Below, piece after piece: positions 1 to 9,891 of a stretch of DNA of 64,000 nt (its first letter is position 1; each line of letters starts with the position of its first letter). The stretch lies in contig JBMHCG010000033.1 of assembly GCA_049890035.1 (NCBI GenBank), positions 13,536 through 77,535 on the forward strand. The letters run 5' to 3'. A model generated the notes under the pieces. It saw only the letters and a list, made by a program, of their open reading frames with translations, ran no database searches and was not told the origin of the DNA. The translations under genes were made by a program, and so were the position numbers. The DNA is from Flavobacteriaceae bacterium. Its GTDB lineage: Bacteria > Bacteroidota > Bacteroidia > Flavobacteriales > Flavobacteriaceae.

Positions 1-6
1 AAATTC

Positions 7-1269
7 ATGACACGGATTTATATCCTATGCATTAGTCTATTTTCAACCTCTGTGTTGTGGAGTCAAGCAGGTACCGGTTCTCCTTATTCTTTTGGTGGTT
101 TGGGAGAAATCAATTACCGTGGGAACCATTGGTCACGTGCCATGGGGGGGATCGAGTTTTACACAGACTCCATCCATGTAGACTTCAACAATCCGGCTAG
201 CTTGGGAACACTCAAGATGACCAATTATGCTTTGGGTGTAGATCATAAGACGACCCAACTAAAAGAGGCAGTAAACAGACAAACAATCACAACAGCAGCA
301 CTTAATTATTTGGGTGTCAGCATACCAACCAAACTTTTTGGTTTCAACTTTGGCGTGCTTCCATATTCTTCTGTAGGCTATCGAGTAGAATTTCGAAATG
401 AAACAGATGAATCCACGGAAATTCAGCGATACGAAGGCAACGGAGGGTTGAATATGGCTTTTGCTTCTGTAGGCTTGAATGTGTTTCCATGGTGGTCTGT
501 TGGGGCAACTGCACGCTACAGTTTTGGTAATATTACCCATCGGAGTTCACAACTTGTAAATACGATTGATCGCACTACCTTTCTAGAAAGCAATTCGAGT
601 TTGTCTGGGGTTCATTTTAAATATGCGACCAACTTCCGTTTTTCTATAGGCGAAAATAATTTGCATTTTTATAGTGCCTATGCCCCTGAGGCAACAATCT
701 ATGCCCAGAATGATCAAATCTTCACCACCCTTTCTACGAGTACCTCAAGTGTTGGCGAACAAATGATCATTGACTTGGCCTCCGCTGGTTTGGATGAAAC
801 CTTACTTATATTACCCGAAACAGTGACGTATGGTTTTGGTTTAGGAAAACAAAAAAAATGGTTTTTAGGAGCACAATATGAAATCCAAACGACTTCGGAT
901 TTCAGAAATGATTTTATTACTTTAGACGGCCTAAGCTATGAAGACGGAAACAAAGTTTCCATTGGCGGTTTTTTTATACCCAATTATGGTTCGCTTACAA
1001 GCTATTGGAAGCGTATCGTATACCGTGTTGGTTATTTTAATCAGGCCACTGGAATTCGCATCCAAGGCAGCCGATTAACGGATCGTGGCATAGCTTTTGG
1101 AGTGGGGTTACCAGCCTTGCGTCTGGGAAGTTTTTCAAACGCCAACCTGGGACTGACACTGGGCACGCGAAGTACAGATAATTCTTCGCAATTAAAAGAG
1201 AATTACTGGCAATTAAAGCTCGGATTCTCATTAAACGATTTGTGGTTTGTAAAAAGAAAATACAATTGA
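7..1269 (+). CDS. Secreted outer-membrane beta-barrel-like protein of unknown function (porin/FadL-like is only a guess)
   Basis: 420-aa ORF with ATG at 7. N-terminal signal peptide MTRIYILCISLFSTSVLWSQ. Gly/aromatic-rich alternating segments and an aromatic C-terminal strand. No family recognised with certainty. Confidence 0.5.
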   Translation: MTRIYILCISLFSTSVLWSQAGTGSPYSFGGLGEINYRGNHWSRAMGGIEFYTDSIHVDFNNPASLGTLKMTNYALGVDHKTTQLKEAVNRQTITTAALNYLGVSIPTKLFGFNFGVLPYSSVGYRVEFRNETDESTEIQRYEGNGGLNMAFASVGLNVFPWWSVGATARYSFGNITHRSSQLVNTIDRTTFLESNSSLSGVHFKYATNFRFSIGENNLHFYSAYAPEATIYAQNDQIFTTLSTSTSSVGEQMIIDLASAGLDETLLILPETVTYGFGLGKQKKWFLGAQYEIQTTSDFRNDFITLDGLSYEDGNKVSIGGFFIPNYGSLTSYWKRIVYRVGYFNQATGIRIQGSRLTDRGIAFGVGLPALRLGSFSNANLGLTLGTRSTDNSSQLKENYWQLKLGFSLNDLWFVKRKYN

Positions 1270-1283
1270 TAAAAATAAATAAA

Positions 1284-2672
1284 ATGAGATTGTTACAATT
1301 AACATGGGGCCTTACCATAGGCTTGTTCTCTATCCTAGGAAATGCTCAATCAAACGAAGAGTGTTTGCAAAATTTATCCATTTTTGCTGAATTTGCAAAG
1401 GTCAAAAATTACGATTCAGCCTATGAACCTTGGAAAAAAGTATTGGATGCTTGTCCCACACTGAATGCCGCTACCTATTCTTATGGAGAGAAAATTCTTC
1501 AGTATAAAATTAAAAACAGTACCGGTGCTGATCAAGATGATTTCAAAAATGCGCTCGTAGCACTGTATGGTGGTTGGGCGACGCACTTTCCCACCCGTAA
1601 AGGGAAAAAACGGTTGGGTAACATTTTAAGCTCCAAAGCACAATCGTTACTCGACTATAAAATAGGTTCGAAAATGGAAGCCTACAAGACTTTTGATCAA
1701 GCCTTTACAGAAGATGCCAACAGTTTTACCAATCCCAAACGACTGTATAACTACTTCAAAACCTTGTTTGACCTGTACAAGGCAGGGGGCCAAGGCGTTA
1801 CGATGGAGCAAGTTTTTACCAAATACGAGGAGGTTTCAGAAAAATTTGAATTGGAAGCGACCAAATTGGCAAAAAACTTGGATAAACTTCTTAAAAAAGA
1901 AGATTCTGGCAGTCCGTTGACTTCAAGAGAAACACGAAATAAAAGAGCTTTTGGTGTGAATTCCAAAGCCATAGCTACCTATGTATCCAACTTGGACGCC
2001 ATCATTTCAAAAGAAGCTACATGCGAGAACTTAATCCCTTTGTACCAGCGAAACTTTGAAGCCAACAAAACAGATCCTATTTGGCTGAAACGTGCGGCTT
2101 CTCGGATGGATGCCAAAGAATGTTCGGACGATCCTTTGTTTGTAACGCTCGTTGAGGCTTTGCACAATCTAGATCCTTCGGCCGATTCAGCCTACTATTT
2201 AGGCTTGTTGAATGATAAAGCAGGAAAAAGTCAAGAGGCACTCAAATACTACGAAGAGTCCATTACATTGGAAACAGACAACTATAAAAAAGCTAAAATC
2301 CTTTATAAGATAGCTTTGAAGTTCAAGAAGTCAGGAAGGAAGTCTTCCGCCCGCAGCTACGCCCAGAAAGCATTAAACTATCAGCCTTCTATGGGTCGGG
2401 CACAGCTGTTGATCGCTAATTTATACGCTGCCAGTGCCAATGACTGTGGGGATACTCAATTTAATAAAAGAGCCATCTATTGGTTGGCCGCTGATGTAGC
2501 ACGAAAAGCAGCCCGAGTCGATGAATCTATCAAAAAATTGGCTTTGAAAACGGCAGAAAGTTATATGGGCCGTGCTCCCAGTAAAACTGATATTTTCACG
2601 GAAGGAAATGAAGGTAGCACCATTACCTTTGACTGTTGGGTACGCGGTAGTGTTAAAGTTCCCAAGCTCTAA
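1284..2672 (+). CDS. Secreted TPR-like repeat protein, function unknown
   Basis: The track ORF starts at 1242 inside the upstream gene. ATG at 1284 gives the signal peptide MRLLQLTWGLTIGLFSILGNAQS. Helical-repeat segments are present (AYYLGLLNDKAGKSQEALKYYEESI, SYAQKALNYQPSMGRA). Confidence 0.5.
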   Translation: MRLLQLTWGLTIGLFSILGNAQSNEECLQNLSIFAEFAKVKNYDSAYEPWKKVLDACPTLNAATYSYGEKILQYKIKNSTGADQDDFKNALVALYGGWATHFPTRKGKKRLGNILSSKAQSLLDYKIGSKMEAYKTFDQAFTEDANSFTNPKRLYNYFKTLFDLYKAGGQGVTMEQVFTKYEEVSEKFELEATKLAKNLDKLLKKEDSGSPLTSRETRNKRAFGVNSKAIATYVSNLDAIISKEATCENLIPLYQRNFEANKTDPIWLKRAASRMDAKECSDDPLFVTLVEALHNLDPSADSAYYLGLLNDKAGKSQEALKYYEESITLETDNYKKAKILYKIALKFKKSGRKSSARSYAQKALNYQPSMGRAQLLIANLYAASANDCGDTQFNKRAIYWLAADVARKAARVDESIKKLALKTAESYMGRAPSKTDIFTEGNEGSTITFDCWVRGSVKVPKL

Positions 2673-3247
2673 TGCGGCAGATCATATTAAATGGTATTCT
2701 AGGGGCTGTGCTTTGCATTCAGCCCTTATTTTTTTCTTGCTCGGATTCAACCGCTGCGTTAAAAGAAATGCAGTCCATTAACACCCAACCTATAGGAACG
2801 GCACAAAATATCCGCATGATCTATACGGATTCACTTGAAATACAAGCCATACTAACGGCTCCTTTACATGTTGACTACACCAATTTGAGTTTTCAGTACG
2901 CAGAATTTCCGAAGGGACTAAAGGTGGTCTTTTTTGATACCCAACGCAATGAGAATACAGTCACTGCAGATTACGGACTCTTGTATACAGCTACCAATCT
3001 GATTGATTTACGGAAGAATGTTGTTTTGGAATCCCACGATGGTTCACTATTGAAAACCGACCAGTTGTTCTGGGATGCTGAAAATGAGTGGCTATTTACA
3101 GAACGTCCTTTTGAATTCCAAAATACGGACTATGATTTAAACGCTGTACGATTGGACACCAACAAAGAATTTAGTAAATTTCAAACAGGTAAACTAACGG
3201 GAACAATTGCTGTTTCCGAAAAAAGCGACAGCCTAAATTCTTTATGA
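2672..3247 (+). CDS. Lipoprotein, probably LptC-family (LPS export)
   Basis: 191 aa with a lipobox-like signal ...QPLFFSC and a beta-rich body. Its size and position upstream of the CNNM and PpiD-like genes match the Bacteroidota synteny I remember. Not verified by any search. Confidence 0.4.
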   Translation: MRQIILNGILGAVLCIQPLFFSCSDSTAALKEMQSINTQPIGTAQNIRMIYTDSLEIQAILTAPLHVDYTNLSFQYAEFPKGLKVVFFDTQRNENTVTADYGLLYTATNLIDLRKNVVLESHDGSLLKTDQLFWDAENEWLFTERPFEFQNTDYDLNAVRLDTNKEFSKFQTGKLTGTIAVSEKSDSLNSL

Positions 3248-3441
3248 GAAGCTACCGAATATCAGAAATAATCTATTGGATTATCAGTGTTTTATCCTTG
3301 TATCAAGCGATTGTTCAATGGTCCGTTCAGCCACAAAAAGCATATATTTTTTTAGGTTTTGCCATACTGTCTGTTGGAATGGCACTCTTCCGCCGGTATT
3401 TCAGGAAAAAATTTGAAAAACGCAGGCCACCAGAGTCATGA
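3244..3441 (+). CDS. Small two-helix membrane protein, unknown function
   Basis: 65 aa with two hydrophobic helices and a basic tail. ATGA start/stop overlaps at both ends (3244-3247 and 3438-3441) suggest translational coupling with its neighbours. Confidence 0.4.
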   Translation: MRSYRISEIIYWIISVLSLYQAIVQWSVQPQKAYIFLGFAILSVGMALFRRYFRKKFEKRRPPES

Positions 3442-4712
3442 TACTTGAGGATGCCATCATTCTTATTTGCCTCATTCTGTCCGCATTCTTTTCGGGAATG
3501 GAAATCGCTTTTGTTTCAGCCAATCGTATTGAGTTGGCAATGGACAAACAAAAAAAGGGGCTACAGGCAGATATATTAAAAAAAATTACTGCCAATCCTT
3601 CTCGTTACATTGCAACCATGCTGGTTGGAAACAATATTGCCTTGGTTGCATATGGTATTTTTATGGGGGACCGCATTACCGCTATTTTTTTTCAAGATAG
3701 TGCCATACTTGCAGGTAGTATAAGCCTGTTACTCTACCAAACCCTTATTTCAACAGTGATTATTCTTTTGACAGCTGAGTTTTTGCCAAAGGTATTTTTT
3801 CAGTTATACGCCAATCGTTTGTTGACATTTTTTTTGCTGCCTACTGCTTTTTTCTATTATCTGTTGGCTCCTATTTCAATCACAGTTATTGCACTAACAG
3901 ACCGGGTGTTGAAGCGATTTATGCAGGTTGAAACTGACCAAGTGCAATTGAGTTTTTCAAAAGTGGAGCTGGGTGATTATATTGGCGAACAAATAGAGCT
4001 AAGCAAGGACAAAGAAAAGTTGGATTCGGAAATCCAAATCTTTCAAAACGCGCTTGAATTTACCAATGTTAAAGTACGTGAAGCAATGGTTCCAAGAGCT
4101 GAGATTACTGCTGTGGCCCAAGATACTTCCATCAAAGAATTACAGGCTCTTTTTGTTTCCACGGGACTCTCTAAAATCTTAGTATATCGCCATACCCTTG
4201 ACGATATCGTTGGCTATGTTCATGCATTTGAAATGTTTAAGAGTCCTAAAAATTTAAAGAGCATTCTCTTACCCGTAGCACAAGTTCATGAACCGGTACC
4301 TGTCAATCAAGCATTAAAGTTATTGACACGTCAAAGAAAAAGTATTGCTGTCGTGATTGATGAATATGGAGGGACGTCTGGGATTGTAACAATTGAAGAT
4401 ATAGTGGAAGAACTGTTTGGCGAAATCGAAGATGAGCATGATAGCGTTGCCCATTATGAGAAACAGTTAGCAGCAGACACATACGAATTTTCAGCACGTT
4501 TGGAGGTCGATTACCTCAATCAAACCTATGATTTGGGTTTACCAGAAAATGAATTTTATGAAACATTGGGTGGCATGATTGTATTTCACACCGAAGAAAT
4601 ACCCCAAAAAGGTGCGGTGGTCGAGATGGGTAATTTTTCCATAACCGTTAAAAAAGTATCCTCTACCAAAATTGAACGTCTGATCCTTCAAAAAAATACG
4701 GTGGAAAACTAG
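3438..4712 (+). CDS. CNNM/hemolysin-family membrane protein (DUF21 - CBS pair - CorC_HlyC); GldE-like architecture
   Basis: 424 aa with N-terminal TM helices, a CBS region and a C-terminal IVTIEDIVEELFGEIEDEHD CorC/HlyC-type domain. Confidence 0.8.
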   Translation: MILEDAIILICLILSAFFSGMEIAFVSANRIELAMDKQKKGLQADILKKITANPSRYIATMLVGNNIALVAYGIFMGDRITAIFFQDSAILAGSISLLLYQTLISTVIILLTAEFLPKVFFQLYANRLLTFFLLPTAFFYYLLAPISITVIALTDRVLKRFMQVETDQVQLSFSKVELGDYIGEQIELSKDKEKLDSEIQIFQNALEFTNVKVREAMVPRAEITAVAQDTSIKELQALFVSTGLSKILVYRHTLDDIVGYVHAFEMFKSPKNLKSILLPVAQVHEPVPVNQALKLLTRQRKSIAVVIDEYGGTSGIVTIEDIVEELFGEIEDEHDSVAHYEKQLAADTYEFSARLEVDYLNQTYDLGLPENEFYETLGGMIVFHTEEIPQKGAVVEMGNFSITVKKVSSTKIERLILQKNTVEN

Positions 4713-4799
4713 GTATAGTATCCCATTGTATATGCTAAAATATTTTGATATCCCTGTAATAATCGTAAATTCGCATCCGAGCTGAAAAAATGGTTTAGT

Positions 4800-6914
4800 A
4801 TGGCAATTTTAGGACAAATAAGACAACGTTCTTTCTTCTTAATTTTCATCATTGGGATGGCACTTTTTGCTTTTGTTATATCCGGCGTATTTGATGGAAA
4901 TAATGCCGGGGGAGCCCCGACAGATCCCATTGCAATTGTGAATGACGAGGAAATGGATTTGGCAACCTTCCGATCGATGGTTGAGCAAACCGAGCGAAAC
5001 TACGGGTATTCTACCCTCAGAGCTGTGCGTGCTGTTTGGAACCAGAGTATACAGAATACCATCCTCAATCAACAATTTGAGGTGCTAGGTATCGATGCTG
5101 GTAAAGAGCAAATCGAACAACTTATTTCTCGGAATCCTGCTTTTCTTCAAGACGAACGTTTTCTTAACGAATTCGGTGTTTTCGATTTTGGAATGTTTAC
5201 CAATTTCATCAACTTAATGAAAGAACAAAATCCTGCTGCATACGAGCAGTGGAAAATTCAGGAAGCGGGTTTGATTGACCTTGCCAAGCAAAATATTTAC
5301 CTTGATTTAATTCGTTCGAGTACAGGGTTTACAGAAGAAGAAGGCAAGTGGGCCTACCATATGGAGAATGATAAAATCAATATGGAATTTGTACAAGTCC
5401 CCCTGAAGTCAGCTCCTGATAGCCTGGTGAAAGTCACCGATGCAGATATCAAAAAATACATCCAATCCCATCAGGAAGATTTTAAAACAGATGCCCGTAC
5501 AAGCATTCAATATGTAGTATTTTCTGATGATGCTTCTGAAGAGGATGAAGCTTTCATCTATACAGATCTTGAAAAGTTATTAGACGTTCAAATCGAATAC
5601 AACGAGGTTTCCAAATTAACAGATACGCTTGATGGTTTTCGGACGACAAAAAATATATTTGAGTTTGTTGAAAAACATTCCGAGACTTCTTTTGATTCAG
5701 TCTATCTTCCAAAAGGGAGGTTGGCAAGTGACTATGCAGAATCCTTATTTAATCTAGAAAAAGGGGAAGTTTTTGGTCCTTTCAAAGATGGTGATTACTT
5801 GAAATTGGCTCGTATGTTGGATAGAAAACGCAACGGATCCATTCGCGCCAGTCACATTTTAATTGCCTACGAAGGCGTTACTAATCCAACACCAGGGGTA
5901 ACACGAACAAAAGAAGATGCCGAACGTTTGGCCAATCGATTGCTTCGCCAAGCCCGAAGAAATCCTGATGGCTTTGCAGATTTAGCCCGTCAAAATTCCG
6001 ATGGCCCCTCAAAAACCCTCGGCGGTGATCTGGGCTTTTACCAAGAAGGAACCATGGCACAGCCTTTTTTTGATTATACCAATAAAAACCGAATTGGGCG
6101 TATCGGTTTGGTCGAGACCGATTTTGGCTTCCATGTGATTAAAATTACAGACAAGGAGGACGTTGTTCTATTGGCTGAAGTTGTCAAAGAGATCGTACCC
6201 TCTGATGAAACTTCAAATATTGTTTTCCGCAATGCTACTGAACTTGAAAAAGCAGCCAAAGAAAATGGAAATCTTGAAGCTGCCGCCGAAGCGGGTGAGT
6301 ACAACATACGTAAATCCACCGAGTTGGATCCATTAAGTGAATTTATTCCAGAAATGGGTTTGCAACGCAACGTGGTGCAATGGGCCTATGAGGGGGAAAC
6401 AAAAGTAGGGGATGTTCGCCGCTTTAGTTTATCGCAAGGGGGGTATGCAGTGGTACAAGTGTCCGAAAAAGTAGCCGCCGGCTTGCAAACGGTCAACCAA
6501 GCACGAGCTACTGTGTATTCTAAAATACGCGATCAAAAGCGCATCGCTGCTCTAAATAAGCTATACGCGAACACCGATTCGCTGGAAGCCTTAGCAGCAG
6601 CGACACAGGGTGAAATAAAAACAGCATCGGCTATGACGCAAAAAAATAGTACCCTGCCTGGAGTAGGTAAAGAACCCTATGTAATTGGTGTTGCTTTTTC
6701 ATTAGAACAAGGAGCTACTTCTTCTTTGATAGCAGGAAATGAAGGTGTTTATTTGATCCGAGTTACCAGCAAAGAGGTAGCCCCTGATCTACCGAGTTAC
6801 GTCGCTTATGCCAACTCCCTTCAAGAAGCAGAAAAAGCCAATTTAGAAAGTGCCATTTTAGAAGCACTTGAATCGGTTGCTGTAATCATTGATAATCGAA
6901 CTGTATATTACTAG
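4800..6914 (+). CDS. Membrane-anchored periplasmic peptidyl-prolyl isomerase/chaperone (PpiD/SurA-like, parvulin domain)
   Basis: 704 aa with an N-terminal anchor (FFLIFIIGMALFAFVISGVF) and a parvulin core (RASHILIAYEG...GGDLGFY...FGFHVIKITD). Confidence 0.75.
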   Translation: MAILGQIRQRSFFLIFIIGMALFAFVISGVFDGNNAGGAPTDPIAIVNDEEMDLATFRSMVEQTERNYGYSTLRAVRAVWNQSIQNTILNQQFEVLGIDAGKEQIEQLISRNPAFLQDERFLNEFGVFDFGMFTNFINLMKEQNPAAYEQWKIQEAGLIDLAKQNIYLDLIRSSTGFTEEEGKWAYHMENDKINMEFVQVPLKSAPDSLVKVTDADIKKYIQSHQEDFKTDARTSIQYVVFSDDASEEDEAFIYTDLEKLLDVQIEYNEVSKLTDTLDGFRTTKNIFEFVEKHSETSFDSVYLPKGRLASDYAESLFNLEKGEVFGPFKDGDYLKLARMLDRKRNGSIRASHILIAYEGVTNPTPGVTRTKEDAERLANRLLRQARRNPDGFADLARQNSDGPSKTLGGDLGFYQEGTMAQPFFDYTNKNRIGRIGLVETDFGFHVIKITDKEDVVLLAEVVKEIVPSDETSNIVFRNATELEKAAKENGNLEAAAEAGEYNIRKSTELDPLSEFIPEMGLQRNVVQWAYEGETKVGDVRRFSLSQGGYAVVQVSEKVAAGLQTVNQARATVYSKIRDQKRIAALNKLYANTDSLEALAAATQGEIKTASAMTQKNSTLPGVGKEPYVIGVAFSLEQGATSSLIAGNEGVYLIRVTSKEVAPDLPSYVAYANSLQEAEKANLESAILEALESVAVIIDNRTVYY

Positions 6915-6941
6915 TAGTGTAAATACTCAATACCAAAGAAT

Positions 6942-6973
6942 AAAAGCCCAAGAAATTATCTTGGGCTTTTTTT
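6942..6973 (+). terminator. Rho-independent terminator after the PpiD-like gene (possibly bidirectional)
   Basis: 11-bp perfect stem AAAAGCCCAAG / CTTGGGCTTTT with a 7-nt loop, followed by a T-run to 6973. Confidence 0.7.
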
Positions 6974-7030
6974 ATTCTCGTTTATTTTGAATAAAAAAGC
7001 AAGAATGATGCGTTGCTTTTGCATGTGATA

Positions 7031-7918
7031 TTATAGAATGAATTCGTCGTAGGCGATCACAATAGGGAAACCTTTGTCTTTAAAATAGCGTGGGTCGTCA
7101 CCACAGGCCAGGACAAAGTCCCCCCCCCACGCCCCGAAACTCTTGATTACACCTGGGAAGTCTTGAAATTGTTCTTCTTGAGCGGGAGGTTTTTTAAGAT
7201 GTGTTGCCATGAGTGCCTCGTGTTCTTTTAAGAGTGACATAAAGGTATCCAATTGAACGCACAGACTCAATTGTTGGCTAAGGGTACTTATTTTTTCTAG
7301 CAGCTCATGTTGTGGGGTAATTTTCATATAATCAGCAACTTCTCTTTGACTGTCTTGCTTTTTATTGAGGTAAACAAAAAAGAGTTTTTCACGAAAAGGA
7401 GGATCAAAGGATACATTTTGATATTTGGGTGTACCCGCTATGCGTTGGAAAAAAATGGGTCCACTAGCCTGGGCACAAGCAATATCATAACCACTGCCTC
7501 CAAGGGTTTTATCTAACAATAAAAAGGGATCAACGCCGCTCCATTTTCCCAAATTGGCGACCAAGGTAGCAGATGACCCCAGGCCCCATTCACGATTGAA
7601 TTCCAAGTTTGTGGTTACAAGGGTTCCCGTTTGACAAAAGAGGGGTTGGAGCTTGCGAATTTGTTGCAGCATTTGTTCCAATCGGACAGCAGTAGGGAGG
7701 TGATTGGCAGAACGAATAGTTAGTGTTTCCAGCTCAAAAGATGCTTCAAACCAAGGGGTGCCATCAGCATTTCGACTGATCCATTCCAATGTTTTCTTTT
7801 CCGATGCATGAACAATTAAATCTTGTCCTTTTTGAGTAGGCAAGGCAAGTGCTTGGGCTCCGTGTAGGACTGTATATTCACCTGAAAGCAAAATTTTTCC
7901 ATGGCTGTAAAACCGCAT
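7031..7918 (-). CDS. GYDIA-family GHMP kinase (mevalonate-pathway kinase candidate)
   Basis: Contains LGGSGYDIACAQ (the GYDIA signature), the GHMP motif GLGSSATLVA and N-terminal GKILLSGEYTVLHG. ATG at 7918 shares one base with the TGA of the upstream HMGR gene (TGATG). Confidence 0.75.
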   Translation of the reverse strand: MRFYSHGKILLSGEYTVLHGAQALALPTQKGQDLIVHASEKKTLEWISRNADGTPWFEASFELETLTIRSANHLPTAVRLEQMLQQIRKLQPLFCQTGTLVTTNLEFNREWGLGSSATLVANLGKWSGVDPFLLLDKTLGGSGYDIACAQASGPIFFQRIAGTPKYQNVSFDPPFREKLFFVYLNKKQDSQREVADYMKITPQHELLEKISTLSQQLSLCVQLDTFMSLLKEHEALMATHLKKPPAQEEQFQDFPGVIKSFGAWGGDFVLACGDDPRYFKDKGFPIVIAYDEFIL

Positions 7919-9228
7919 CACAGAGAATTTAAAAAATCTTGTACCGCAGCATGACTTACTTTATGTGTCTTGAAATGGACAATGGCTTTTTCTTTTTGAT
8001 ACGGGTTTGCTCCTAATTGATTGAGAATGTTCAATAGGTGCATTTTCATGTGTCCTTTTTGTATACCCGAAGTAACCAAGGACCGAACTGCAGCAAAGTT
8101 TTGAGCCAAACCAGCAACAGCTATAATTTGCATTAATTCTTTGGCGGAGGGGTGGCCCAATAGTTCGAGGTTCCATTGCACCATCGGATGCAATTGGGTT
8201 AATCCGCCAACTGTACCGATGGCGAGTGGAAGATCCAAACGGAAAACAAAATCGTTGTTTTCGATAAAGGCTTTCGATAGGCTTCGGTACTGTCCATCGC
8301 GCGCTGCATAAGCGTGAATACCCGCTTCAATAGCCCGAAAATCGTTCCCTGTTGCCAAAACGACAGCATCAACTCCATTCATAATCCCTTTGTTGTGGGT
8401 AACAGCCCGATAGGGTTCGGCTTCAGCTATAGCAACTGCCTGAATCATTTTTTGTGCAAAGGCATAAGTATCCAGACCTTCCTCGGGTTCCAATTGTTCG
8501 ATGGAACAACGGACTTCTGCTCTAGCCACACAATTGGGGACGTAATTCGAAAGAATACTCATAACAATCTCAATCGGCTTCTCAAGCTGTGAAAAGCCAG
8601 TATAGGATTTGCTCGTTTGGAGCAAAGTATCGGCCAATTGTTCCAAAACGGAGTTGATAAAATTGGCTCCCATGGCATCGCGCGTGTCGAAAGTAGCATG
8701 CAATTGGTAATAGTCAGCCATCGCTAGCGTTTTGTCGATCAGTTTCAGGGATAACAACCCACCACCACGTTTTTCCATTCTTGCTACTATTGGCGCACAG
8801 TCTTGAAGAAGTTGAGATTTTATGCTGTCAAAAAATTCCTTTACTATTGCTGGCTTTTCAGGGCAGAGAAAGTGAACCTGGCCCACTTTTTCAGTTCCCA
8901 GTATTTGGGTGTGGAACCCGCCTTTGTTTGCCCAATATTTGGCCGACTTACCCGCTGCAGCTACTACCGAACTTTCTTCGATGACCATAGGTAACGTATA
9001 GTACTTACCATTGATCAAAAAGTTGGGTGCGACGCCCAAGGGCAAATAGAAATTGGAAAGCGTATTTTCTATAAATTCATCATGCTTTTCCTGCCGCCCT
9101 GCATCAGGATGCCAATACGTAGTCAAAAGGGCTTCTGCCGTTTGTGGTTGATCAAAATGATTTTGAGTAATCCAGGCTATTTTTTCTGCTTTACTGCGTT
9201 TCGAAAATCCGCTGACGCTCGATGACAT
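7918..9228 (-). CDS. Hydroxymethylglutaryl-CoA reductase
   Basis: Motifs EESSVVAAAGK, DAMGANFIN and GTVGG. The track start at 9243 is TTG; the first ATG is at 9228 (MSSSVSGF...). Confidence 0.85.
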   Translation of the reverse strand: MSSSVSGFSKRSKAEKIAWITQNHFDQPQTAEALLTTYWHPDAGRQEKHDEFIENTLSNFYLPLGVAPNFLINGKYYTLPMVIEESSVVAAAGKSAKYWANKGGFHTQILGTEKVGQVHFLCPEKPAIVKEFFDSIKSQLLQDCAPIVARMEKRGGGLLSLKLIDKTLAMADYYQLHATFDTRDAMGANFINSVLEQLADTLLQTSKSYTGFSQLEKPIEIVMSILSNYVPNCVARAEVRCSIEQLEPEEGLDTYAFAQKMIQAVAIAEAEPYRAVTHNKGIMNGVDAVVLATGNDFRAIEAGIHAYAARDGQYRSLSKAFIENNDFVFRLDLPLAIGTVGGLTQLHPMVQWNLELLGHPSAKELMQIIAVAGLAQNFAAVRSLVTSGIQKGHMKMHLLNILNQLGANPYQKEKAIVHFKTHKVSHAAVQDFLNSL

Positions 9229-9438
9229 TGACTTTTTTTTCAAAGATAGGTCTTCAAAAGCAAATCTCTGTATTGGATCAACTTTAGAAAAGTTAATTAA
9301 GCAATAAGCAGTCTTATTTAAACTAATTACAGAATTTCTTGACTTGTTTTTTTGTTGTTACCTAGTTTTTTATGTTAAGTGCGTTTGGGAGTATTGCCAT
9401 CACTCGCATTTAACTTAAACAATGAATAGCTACAGGAA

Positions 9439-9867
9439 TTATTGTTTTAACATTCCGAGTGTGTCAAGATACTTTACTTTATGATAAGCCAAAGCAGCTT
9501 TAATACACTCTTTCAATTCTATAACTGGAATTTCTTCATCAAGTTGGAATATTATTGCTCTATTCTTTTCGTATTTAAAAAAACTGCCAAACACAATTTT
9601 AAAAGTATCCACCAATCTGCTTGTACACTTAAAGTACATTTGATATTGGTTGGGTTGTTTTTCTTTCCAATCCATTCGTAAGGTGCTACCGTTTTTAGAA
9701 AGAAAACTGGGTTCTCCCCATTTTAATGTCTCTTCCAAAATGGCTATATCCTTCATTTCTTCTGCAGTTTCAATCACCAATTCCCGTAAATATTGCATTT
9801 TATCCCGAACAAAATCAGGATAATTCTTGAATTTTTCATTTACTTTTGAGTTGGTTTTTAATACCAT
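9439..9867 (-). CDS. Small cytoplasmic protein, DUF1801/YdhG-like (from memory)
   Basis: 142 aa with ATG at 9867. The pattern ...EETLKWGEPSF...YFKCTS... resembles DUF1801 proteins. Confidence 0.5.
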   Translation of the reverse strand: MVLKTNSKVNEKFKNYPDFVRDKMQYLRELVIETAEEMKDIAILEETLKWGEPSFLSKNGSTLRMDWKEKQPNQYQMYFKCTSRLVDTFKIVFGSFFKYEKNRAIIFQLDEEIPVIELKECIKAALAYHKVKYLDTLGMLKQ

Positions 9868-9891
9868 TATTTATTCTTTAACTGCGACATA

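Noticed and set aside
7120-7128. C9/G9 homopolymer inside the GHMP kinase gene. Similar runs occur at 17183-17190 (lpxB) and 33754-33762 (secG). Considered as phase-variation tracts.
   Set aside because: Each encodes Gly-Gly(-Gly) with GGG codons in an intact housekeeping gene. This reflects codon choice rather than a contingency locus, though the sites are still prone to sequencing error.
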